Shown: positions 31,298-38,215 of the stretch, one piece after another | How the letters are laid out: each line of letters opens with the position of its first letter | How positions within the stretch are numbered: position 1 is the stretch's first letter | Source: Oscillospiraceae bacterium | GTDB lineage: Bacteria > Bacillota > Clostridia > Oscillospirales > UBA929 | Assembly (NCBI GenBank): GCA_031271525.1 | Contig: JAISVO010000037.1 | Span: forward strand, 1-38,215 | Length of the DNA: 38,215 nucleotides | Direction of reading: 5' to 3' | The notes under the pieces: generated by a model | Seen by the model: only the letters and a program-made list of their open reading frames with translations | The model's database searches: none | What the model was told of the DNA's origin: nothing | Program-made: the position numbers and the translations under genes

Positions 31298-31852
31298 ATG
31301 CGGATTCAATTTTTAGGAACGGTGCCCGGCGCGGCGCGGGAGCGGCACGACGTCCGCGCCCTGCAGATCGACACAAGCCTTCTCGTCGGTCTGTCTGAGG
31401 CACCTGTTGCCGCCGGGCCGGAGTTCACCGTTTTGAATACCCTCGGCCTGCGTCCCTTCCAAACGAACGCCGTAAGCGGCTATACCATAACCCCGCTGCC
31501 GGCCCGAAACAGCGCCGGCGGATTGATCTATGTCATTGAGCGGGAAGGAAAGACCTTTTTGTGCGGAAACAACTCGGGGTACTTCCCCGAGGAGACGTGG
31601 GACGCCCTTGCCGGACGGGTAATCCACGCGGTCAGTTTGGACTGCGTGACGGTGAATATTACCCCGAACCACCAAACTGAGGAGGATATACTCACAACTC
31701 GCCGCAGGCTCTACCAGCTGGGCTGCGTGAAACAGGCAGTCTGGTTCTACGTGGTGAGCGCCGACGGCGGAACGGAACGGAGCGAGCTGATTGAGCGGAT
31801 GCATACGCGCGGCGTTTCCGTCGTCTACGAGGGCATGACGGCGGAAGTGTAG
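31298..31852 (+). CDS. Hypothetical protein, degenerate metallo-beta-lactamase-fold-like (lacks HxHxDH)
   Basis: GAAGGAGGGGGAG RBS. The N-terminus MRIQFLGT and the middle GYTITPLPARNSAGGLIYVIEREGKTFLCGNNSGY resemble small MBL-fold hydrolases. The metal-binding HxHxDH block and later His/Asp ligands are not present, and at 184 aa the protein is short for the fold. Confidence 0.45.
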   Translation: MRIQFLGTVPGAARERHDVRALQIDTSLLVGLSEAPVAAGPEFTVLNTLGLRPFQTNAVSGYTITPLPARNSAGGLIYVIEREGKTFLCGNNSGYFPEETWDALAGRVIHAVSLDCVTVNITPNHQTEEDILTTRRRLYQLGCVKQAVWFYVVSADGGTERSELIERMHTRGVSVVYEGMTAEV

Positions 31853-31948
31853 AGGCGGATCCTGTTCGCCTGCCGCGCGGGGCCGCCCCCATCTTGACAT
31901 ATTATGATATAATGTTCATACATTCTTAAAATCTGTTTTGGACAAGCA

Positions 31949-31957
31949 TGGTATAAT
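31949..31957 (+). promoter_or_regulatory. Extended -10 element TGgTATAAT
   Basis: It lies about 36 nt upstream of the ATG at 31993. No good -35 is present at 17 nt. Confidence 0.3.
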
Positions 31958-31992
31958 CAGCGGCGGAACGCTTTTACAGAGAGGGGTATCAA

Positions 31993-32955
31993 ATGATTGA
32001 GGTAAAGAGCCTCACAAAGACCTACGGCAAGAACCGGGGGATCAAGGGCATCTCTTTCTCCATCCCCGAGGGGCAGATCGTAGGCTTTTTGGGTCCGAAC
32101 GGCGCGGGAAAGACGACTACGATGAATATCATCACCGGATATTTGTCGGCCGACATCGGGACGGTCACCGTCGCGGGCTTCGACATCCTCGAGAAGCCCC
32201 GGGAGGCAAAACGTCACATCGGGTACCTGCCCGAGCAGCCTCCCCTCCATTTGGGGATGACGGTGGAGGAATACTTGGATTTTGTCTACGAGCTGAAAGG
32301 GGTTCGTTCCCCCAGCCAGAAGGACCACATCGGTTCGGTCTGCGAGATGGCGGGGCTGACCGATGTCTATTTCCGCTTGATCGGGCACCTCTCAAAAGGG
32401 TTTAAGCAGCGGGTCGGGCTGGCGCAGGCGATGATCGGCGACCCCGACGTGCTGATTTTGGACGAGCCCACCGTCGGACTGGATCCGCGCCAGATCGTGG
32501 AGATCCGGAACGTCATCAAGGATATGGGCAAAAGCCGTACCATCATCCTCAGCACCCACATCCTGCCCGAGGTATCGGCGGTCTGCGAACGGGTGCTCGT
32601 CATCTCGCAGGGCTTGATCGTCGCGGACGACAAGCCGGAGAACCTCGCCGGTTCGATCGGCGGCGAACGGACCCTGCTGGCCCGTATCGCCGGCCCGAAG
32701 AGTCAGGTGCTGGCGCTGCTGCGGGATCAGGACGGGATCCAGAATGTCTCCGAGCTTGGCGAAATGGAGAGCGGGAGCCACGACTTCGTGCTGGAGAGCC
32801 GCCCCAATGTGGATATTCGCAAGCCGATGTTCTCGGCGCTCGCGAAGGCCGGTTACCCTCTGCTGATGCTCCGTCCGCAGGACGCCTCGCTGGAGGAGAT
32901 CTTCCTCAAGCTGACTGAGACGGGGCACGAAAAAACAGAGTCTGAGGAGGGGTGA
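31993..32955 (+). CDS. ABC transporter ATP-binding protein (GldA-like, ABC-2 type)
   Basis: Walker A is GPNGAGKTT, the signature-like motif is LSKGFKQRVGLA and Walker B is LILDEPTVGLD. A C-terminal extension domain is present. Confidence 0.9.
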   Translation: MIEVKSLTKTYGKNRGIKGISFSIPEGQIVGFLGPNGAGKTTTMNIITGYLSADIGTVTVAGFDILEKPREAKRHIGYLPEQPPLHLGMTVEEYLDFVYELKGVRSPSQKDHIGSVCEMAGLTDVYFRLIGHLSKGFKQRVGLAQAMIGDPDVLILDEPTVGLDPRQIVEIRNVIKDMGKSRTIILSTHILPEVSAVCERVLVISQGLIVADDKPENLAGSIGGERTLLARIAGPKSQVLALLRDQDGIQNVSELGEMESGSHDFVLESRPNVDIRKPMFSALAKAGYPLLMLRPQDASLEEIFLKLTETGHEKTESEEG

Positions 32956-32958
32956 ACG

Positions 32959-33681
32959 ATGCTGGCAATCTTCAAGCGGGACTTCAGGGCGTACTTCACG
33001 ACACCCATCGGGTTTGTCTATCTGGGCGGGTACATTCTCGTCCTCAATCTGTATTTCTACCTCTACAACATCGCGAATGTCAGCACCCGCTCAAATTCCC
33101 TCGCGGGGATCTTCAGCTTTATGCTGATGGTGATGATGTTCTTAACCCCCATCCTCACGATGCGGATTTTCTCCGAGGAATACCGGCAGAAAACCGACCA
33201 GCTCCTTTTCACCTCCCCGGTCAAGCTTTCGGGGCTTGTGATGGGGAAGTTCCTCGCGTCCCTATCCATCTTCTTCTGCCTGCTGCTGCTGAGCCTGCTC
33301 TGGCCTTCCGCCATCGCGCTGATCGGGCAGAACAATATGGCGGAGGTATTGGGCAACTACCTTGGGATCATCACGATCGGCGCGGCGTATATCGCAATGG
33401 GCATCTTTATCTCCTCGCTGACCGAGAACCAAGTGATTGCCGCTGTCGGGTCCCTCGGGCTCTTTGTCGGGCTGTATCTGTTGGAGATGCTGACCGCGAA
33501 TCTTGCGACGGCTCTGCCGGGCTGGGCGGTCACCGCCCTGCGGTTTGTCTCGATCTTCGGGCGGTACAGCGACATCTCGATGGGGCTCCTCGCGCTGGAT
33601 GACTTTGTGTATTTTCTTTCAATCTGCGCGGTATTTTTATTCCTGACGGTTCGAGTCCTTGAGAAGCGGAGGTGGTCATAA
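32959..33681 (+). CDS. ABC-2 permease (GldF-like)
   Basis: 240 aa with six TM segments. The N-terminus is MLAIFKRDFRAYFTTPIGFVYLGGY. GAGGAGGGG RBS. Confidence 0.85.
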   Translation: MLAIFKRDFRAYFTTPIGFVYLGGYILVLNLYFYLYNIANVSTRSNSLAGIFSFMLMVMMFLTPILTMRIFSEEYRQKTDQLLFTSPVKLSGLVMGKFLASLSIFFCLLLLSLLWPSAIALIGQNNMAEVLGNYLGIITIGAAYIAMGIFISSLTENQVIAAVGSLGLFVGLYLLEMLTANLATALPGWAVTALRFVSIFGRYSDISMGLLALDDFVYFLSICAVFLFLTVRVLEKRRWS

Positions 33682-35111
33682 TGGGGAAGAAGCTGAAATA
33701 CGGCGGTTTCTCGCTGCTGATCACCGCGATCTTCCTCGCGGCTATCGTGCTGTTCAATATCTTCGCGGGAATCCTGACGTCCCGGTTCTACCTCAAGGCG
33801 GATCTCACCGCGATGAAGCTCTTCTCCCTCTCTTCCGAAGCGGAGGAGGTCTTGAGAAACCTCCGGGAGGATATTGAGGTTGTTGTGCTGACCCCAACCG
33901 AAGACGACCTGATGACAAACATCCTCCAGCAGTATAACGCGGCGGCGGGAGGACGGATCAGCTTCCGATACCTCGACCCGAACCTCAACCCCAATCTGTC
34001 GGAGGAATATCCGGGCATTTCGGCGTTTACCGAGGGCGATGTCATCGTCAAAAGCGGCCGCCGTTCCAAATCGTTTAACATGAGAGCGATGATCACCCAG
34101 ACCTATGACGCCAACATGGAGGTCGTTCAAGCGTTCAACGCCGATCAGGAGCTGATCTACGCCATCCAATACGTCCTAAACGAAGAGGTCGCCCACGCGG
34201 TCTTCATCGGCGGGCATGAAGAGGCGGAGAACGCCGCCCTGCGGACGATGCTGGAGCGCTACGGATATGAATGCTCCGACGTCAACCTTGTGATGGAGGA
34301 GATCCCCGAGGATACCGACCTTGTGATCATCAACGCCCCGACCCGGGATTTTAACGATTTTGAGATCGAGAAGCTGGATGTCTATATGGGTTCGGGCGGC
34401 AATACCATCGTCGGCTACGACTTCCAAACAACCGGGCTGACCGCCTTCGACCAGTACCTCGCCGAGTGGGGCGTCGAGGTTCAGAATCAGCTTATTTTAG
34501 ACTACACCTATAATTTTAACTATCCGTATTTCCTTGGCGCCAGAGTTGTCGGAGACGCCAATACCCCGGCTTCGATGAGCCTATACGGCGAGCAGCAGGT
34601 GGCAGTCGGGCTTCTGTACGGACGCCCGATCCGCTCGGTCTGGCCGACCGGCGAACAGGGCACCCGGGTATTCAGCCCAATCCTGACAACCTTTGAAACC
34701 TCCTACGCGAAGGATGGCGGCAACCAAGTGGCGCCCGACGCGCTGGAGCAGGCGGAGGGAGACGTTCAAGGGCCCTTCACGGTGGGCGCCTCGGTGCGGC
34801 AGAGCCAGTACGACGACGCGGACAACCAGTTCGACTCCTATATGATTGTCCTCAACTCGGGGTTGATCGTGAATGAAATCCTTGAGCTTTCCACCCAATT
34901 TAACAACTATATGGTACCGGCGGGCCTTCTCACCGACCTGAACCCTTACAGCGGCGGAGACGTTTATATCCCCGCGAAGCCGGCGGTCAGCGCCTATCTG
35001 GAAGTCACCCCCGGGCAGGTTACCTCGGTGCTGGTGATCCTCGTCATCCTTGTCCCCCTCGCGATCATTATTGCCGGGATCCTGACATGGAGGCGGAGGA
35101 AGAACCTATGA
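33681..35111 (+). CDS. GldG-like auxiliary component of the ABC-2 system (bitopic at both ends, large extracytoplasmic domain)
   Basis: The ATG at 33681 overlaps the upstream TAA by 1 nt, with GGAGGTG upstream. There is an N-terminal TM (FSLLITAIFLAAIVLFNIFAGIL) and a C-terminal TM followed by RRRKNL. Confidence 0.75.
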   Translation: MGKKLKYGGFSLLITAIFLAAIVLFNIFAGILTSRFYLKADLTAMKLFSLSSEAEEVLRNLREDIEVVVLTPTEDDLMTNILQQYNAAAGGRISFRYLDPNLNPNLSEEYPGISAFTEGDVIVKSGRRSKSFNMRAMITQTYDANMEVVQAFNADQELIYAIQYVLNEEVAHAVFIGGHEEAENAALRTMLERYGYECSDVNLVMEEIPEDTDLVIINAPTRDFNDFEIEKLDVYMGSGGNTIVGYDFQTTGLTAFDQYLAEWGVEVQNQLILDYTYNFNYPYFLGARVVGDANTPASMSLYGEQQVAVGLLYGRPIRSVWPTGEQGTRVFSPILTTFETSYAKDGGNQVAPDALEQAEGDVQGPFTVGASVRQSQYDDADNQFDSYMIVLNSGLIVNEILELSTQFNNYMVPAGLLTDLNPYSGGDVYIPAKPAVSAYLEVTPGQVTSVLVILVILVPLAIIIAGILTWRRRKNL

Positions 35112-36553
35112 AAACCGCGTTGATTGCCGGTCTCGCAGTCCTCCTTGTCCTCTCCGCCGGAATCGTCCTCCTCCTGACCCTCGCGCCCGAAGCGGCGGAG
35201 CCGGAACCCTCCCCCACCCCCGCCGAGACGGTTGAGTTGATCCGCGAGTCGGCGGACAATGTGACGGGCGTAACCTTTACCCCAAAGAGCGGCAGGCAGT
35301 TTGGCATCCAGTACGCCGACAGCGCCTACACCCTCTCCTTCCCCGGTGCGCTCTTTCCCGGGAACGTGACCCTGCTGCGGGCGGCTTTTAACCATGCGAT
35401 CAACCTCCCCGGCGTGACGGTGGTTACCGAGAACGCGGACGACGACCAGCTCGCCCTGTTTGGGCTGACAAGCCCCGAGACCCGGTGGCGCTTGCAATAC
35501 GCAGACGGGACGAGCGCGGAGTTTCTGATAGGGGTACGGAGCGCGACGGGGACCGGGCGGTACGCCTGCCGGAGCGGGGAGCGGACCGTCTTCCTGCTGA
35601 CCTCGGCGCAGTCGGAGAGTTTGACCCAGTCCGCCGAGGACTATTACGACCTGACCTTTTTGAAAGTCCCCGGGGTAACCGAGGAGTCCCCGGCTTGGTC
35701 GCAGATCACAGCCTTTGTGCTGGAGAAGTCGGGCGAGACCTATGAAGTCATGCGCAGGACCGACCTTGAGATCGAGGGGATGCCCATTGAGACGTCGCGG
35801 TATCATCTGACAAGTCCCCGGGAAGCGGAATGCAACGACTACAATATCGAGAATATCCTGATGACCCCCGCGGCGGATATTGCGCCGAGCGGGATTGTCG
35901 AGGAAAACCCCGCCGACCTGTCTGTCTACGGGCTGGACGAACCGGCGAGGCTGACCCTCACCGGCGCGGACGGCTGGACGGGGACGATCCTAATCGGGGA
36001 TTTCGACAGCGAACGAGCCGGACGGTATGTTATGATGGAGGGGATTCCCTGCGTTCTGCTGGATACCGCCGGGAGCTACGCCTTCCTCGACGCTGGCTAT
36101 GCGGACCTCCGGACCTCGCAGATATGGATCTACGATATCACCGAGGTCAGCGGGGTGACCTTCGAGCTGGACGGAACGACCCGGGAACTGACCTTTGAGC
36201 ACCACGAGGACGCGACATTACGGGGCTTCCTCGACGGGACCGAGATGACCGGCGCGGACGAGACGGGCGAAACCAACGCCCGCCGGCTCTATGTGGCGGC
36301 GCTCCGGGTGATGCACGACGGCGGCACCGACGCCGAGATCCCTTCGGGTGAACCCGAATACCGGCTGACGATGAGCTTTGTTGACGGTCGGGACAAGGAT
36401 GTCGTCGAGCTGTATCCCCTCGGCGCTCGGCAATACCTGATTGTACGAAACGGGGAGAATTTGGGCCTGTATATCACATGGACCTCCCTCCGGGAAAAGC
36501 TGCTGAACCGGTTTGCGCTGCTGGACGAGGGGAAGGACCTTCCGCGCCTGTAA
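35108..36553 (+). CDS. DUF4340-like membrane-anchored protein (usual partner of GldG-like genes)
   Basis: The ATG at 35108 overlaps the upstream stop as ATGA, with GGAGGAAG upstream. There is a single N-terminal TM (ALIAGLAVLLVLSAGIVLLL), a Pro/Glu linker and a repeated beta-rich body. The family label is from memory. Confidence 0.65.
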   Translation: MKTALIAGLAVLLVLSAGIVLLLTLAPEAAEPEPSPTPAETVELIRESADNVTGVTFTPKSGRQFGIQYADSAYTLSFPGALFPGNVTLLRAAFNHAINLPGVTVVTENADDDQLALFGLTSPETRWRLQYADGTSAEFLIGVRSATGTGRYACRSGERTVFLLTSAQSESLTQSAEDYYDLTFLKVPGVTEESPAWSQITAFVLEKSGETYEVMRRTDLEIEGMPIETSRYHLTSPREAECNDYNIENILMTPAADIAPSGIVEENPADLSVYGLDEPARLTLTGADGWTGTILIGDFDSERAGRYVMMEGIPCVLLDTAGSYAFLDAGYADLRTSQIWIYDITEVSGVTFELDGTTRELTFEHHEDATLRGFLDGTEMTGADETGETNARRLYVAALRVMHDGGTDAEIPSGEPEYRLTMSFVDGRDKDVVELYPLGARQYLIVRNGENLGLYITWTSLREKLLNRFALLDEGKDLPRL

Positions 36554-36580
36554 AGGGATATTGATAAGGGGGAACGCGCT

Positions 36581-37936
36581 ATGATGGAAACGATTGCCGC
36601 GCTGGCGACACCGCCGCTCTCCGGCGCAATCGGGATAATCCGCCTCAGCGGCCCCCGGTCTTTTTCACTGCTGAAAGCCGTCTTTGCCGAGAATCGGGGG
36701 CTTCCGCCGGAACGCTGGAAGCCTCGGGTAATGATGCTCGGCAAGGTGATCGTAGACGGCGAACTGCTGGACGCCGGGATGGCTGTCCGGATGATCGCGC
36801 CGTACTCCTACACCGGCGAGGATATGGCCGAGCTGCATATGCACGGCAGCATCCCGGCCCTTCGCGCCGTTCTGGAGGCCCTGTACCTAGCGGGCGCGGC
36901 GCCCGCCAAGCCCGGGGAATTTACCAGCCGCGCCTTCCTGCACGGGAAGATGTCGCTCTCCCAAGCGGAAGCTGTCTGCGATCTGGTGACCGCCGAGACG
37001 CGCGACGCCGCCCGGAACGCCGCCGGTCAGCTGGACGGCAAGATCGGGCGGGTGTTCTCCGATATGTATGACCGCCTGTCGGGCTTGATCGCGCAGTTCT
37101 ATGCCGCCGCCGATTACCCCGAGGAGTACATCGAGACGGGTCCCCCCGCCGAGGTTTTGCAATCGGTTTTGGAAACTCTGGAAACCCTGTTGACGACCTT
37201 GGGGAAGGGGCTTCTCCTTCGGGAAGGGCTGCGCTGTTCGATTTTGGGCAAGCCCAATGTCGGAAAGAGTTCGCTCCTCAACGCCTTCGCGGGCTACGAG
37301 CGCGCCATCGTTTCCCCCCGGCCCGGCACCACGCGGGACACGCTGGAGGAGGTTGTTACGATCGGCGGTATGAAGCTCCGCCTGACCGACGGCGCGGGAA
37401 TCCGCGACACCCGGGACGACATCGAGGAGGCGGGGGTGAAGCGCGCCCGGAGCGCCGCCGAGAGCGCCGAGCTCCTTTTCGTGACGCTGGACGGTTCGGA
37501 GGACCTGACCCAAGAGGACCGCGCCGTGCTGGACCTTGCGCGGGACCGGCAGAGCCTAGTCCTGATCAATAAGTCCGACCTGCCCCAAAAGCTGGAGCGG
37601 GAACAGCTTGAAGCGGCGTTTTTGCACGTGATCCCGGTGTCCGCGTTAACCGGGGAGGGGCTGGACGCCGTGGACAGCACGCTGCGGCGTTTGTTCGACG
37701 GCGGGGCGACTTTGTACGACGGCTCGGTGCTGACCAACGAGCGCCAAGCGGCGGCAATCCGCCGCACGATGGACGCCGTCCGCAACGCTTTGACGGCGCT
37801 CCGGGAGGGCGTGACGCAGGATGCCGTCCTCGCCGAGCTGGAACGCGCCCTCGCGGCGGTTGGCGAGCTGACCGGGCGCCGGGTGCGGGAGGAGATCATC
37901 GACGAGATCTTCGCGCGCTTTTGCATTGGAAAATGA
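36581..37936 (+). CDS. mnmE: tRNA modification GTPase MnmE (TrmE)
   Basis: The N-terminus is TIAALATPPLSGAIGIIRLSG. The G-domain motifs are GKPNVGKSSLLN, TTRD, DGAGIRDT and NKSD. The diagnostic C-terminus is FCIGK-stop. Confidence 0.93.
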   Translation: MMETIAALATPPLSGAIGIIRLSGPRSFSLLKAVFAENRGLPPERWKPRVMMLGKVIVDGELLDAGMAVRMIAPYSYTGEDMAELHMHGSIPALRAVLEALYLAGAAPAKPGEFTSRAFLHGKMSLSQAEAVCDLVTAETRDAARNAAGQLDGKIGRVFSDMYDRLSGLIAQFYAAADYPEEYIETGPPAEVLQSVLETLETLLTTLGKGLLLREGLRCSILGKPNVGKSSLLNAFAGYERAIVSPRPGTTRDTLEEVVTIGGMKLRLTDGAGIRDTRDDIEEAGVKRARSAAESAELLFVTLDGSEDLTQEDRAVLDLARDRQSLVLINKSDLPQKLEREQLEAAFLHVIPVSALTGEGLDAVDSTLRRLFDGGATLYDGSVLTNERQAAAIRRTMDAVRNALTALREGVTQDAVLAELERALAAVGELTGRRVREEIIDEIFARFCIGK

Positions 37937-38001
37937 AAGCATTCGTACGGTATGGCATACATGCGGGAACAGGGACCCGATGACAAAGCCGGAGGTACGG
38001 C

Positions 38002-38215
38002 ATGAAAACTGCGCTCGCTGATTGGTGCGGGGCTTTCTCCTCGGCAGTGATTGTCACCGATGAGGGGCAGAGAGTGCTTGCCGAGGCGATGGATCTGCCC
38101 AACTGCCGGATCATCCCCTTTGGCGATGACTGCTTGAGAACCCTGCAAGAATTGCGTCCGGATGACTTGGCGGTCCTTTTGCTCTCGCTTGACACGTTTA
38201 CCCGGAGCGGGGCGA
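38002..38215 (+). CDS. Hypothetical protein (5' part only; continues past the right edge)
   Basis: ATG at 38002 with GGAGGT 5 nt upstream. The frame is open to the end of the window and reads MKTALADWCGAFSSAVIVTDEGQRVLAEAMDLPNCRIIPFGDDCLRTLQELRPDDLAVLLLSLDTFTRSG.. It is not mnmG-like, because there is no N-terminal FAD GxGxxG motif. Confidence 0.45.
   Translation, partial: MKTALADWCGAFSSAVIVTDEGQRVLAEAMDLPNCRIIPFGDDCLRTLQELRPDDLAVLLLSLDTFTRSGA

Noticed and set aside
31894-31913. TTGACA and TATAAT hexamers upstream of the GldA-like gene
   Set aside because: The two hexamers are only 8 nt apart, so they cannot form one sigma-70 promoter. The extended -10 element at 31949-31957 is a better, though still weak, candidate.
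34994-35806. 270-aa minus-strand ORF
   Set aside because: It is antisense across the GldG-like/DUF4340-like junction. The product is Gly/Arg/Pro-rich low complexity. The plus-strand genes have RBSs, TM anchors and coupling overlaps.
37294-38148. 284-aa minus-strand ORF
   Set aside because: It is antisense to mnmE, whose G-domain motifs and CIGK terminus are unambiguous. The product is Ser/Arg/Ala-rich low complexity.
1-38215. Search for CRISPR arrays, transposases, integrases, phage genes, toxin-antitoxin pairs and defence-system hallmarks
   Set aside because: I found no direct-repeat/spacer periodicity, no terminal inverted repeats flanking a gene block, and no DDE, tyrosine- or serine-recombinase, nuclease or helicase motifs in any credible ORF. 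The window reads as metabolic and transport chromosome.

Overview
This 38.2-kb window looks like chromosomal DNA from a high-GC Gram-positive anaerobe, probably Clostridia-like. Supporting signs are strong GGAGG ribosome-binding sites, lipoboxes, a sortase sorting signal and many ATGA/GTGA start-stop overlaps. I support about 32 protein-coding genes plus two decayed genes. I found no rRNA, tRNA, CRISPR array, transposase, integrase or recognisable defence gene.

Gene content, left to right:
- 1-344: partial GNAT acetyltransferase.
- 549-894: remnant of a SAM-methyltransferase gene.
- 906-2824: NatAB-like ABC exporter pair.
- 2930-3961: LacI-family regulator, divergent from the next block.
- 4158-20638: a very compact run of 11 plus-strand genes, apparently one operon. 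It encodes a cytoplasmic GH13_31 alpha-1,6-glucosidase, a GH66 dextranase-like lipoprotein, a lipoprotein solute-binding protein (SBP) and a 930-aa SBP carrying CBM-like modules. It also encodes four CUT1-type permeases, an NHL-propeller/TPR/Yip1 membrane protein, a DUF5696-like exoprotein and an NPKTG-anchored CBM-like surface protein. No ABC ATPase is present in this block.
- 20649-21179: small LRR lipoprotein.
- 21416-23230: GH67 alpha-glucuronidase.
- 23505-24458: aldose-1-epimerase-family protein.
- 24466-31091: tightly coupled five-gene minus-strand operon. It encodes a GlpA-like flavoprotein, a GlpB-like flavoprotein, a DUF1667 protein, an FGGY kinase and an AGPS/YgcU-like FAD oxidase.
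- 31298-31852: degenerate MBL-fold protein.
- 31993-36553: GldA/GldF/GldG-like ABC system plus a DUF4340-like protein.
- 36581-37936: mnmE.
- 38002-38215: start of an unassigned gene.

The best candidate for an undescribed system is the block at 9231-18169: the giant CBM-SBP, two permeases, the NHL-Yip1 protein and the DUF5696-like protein. It is embedded in what looks like a LacI-controlled alpha-glucan utilisation operon. The second candidate is the kinase plus three-flavoenzyme operon at 24466-31091.

All family assignments come from motif recognition by eye. No BLAST or HMM search was possible, so family names are hypotheses to be confirmed.
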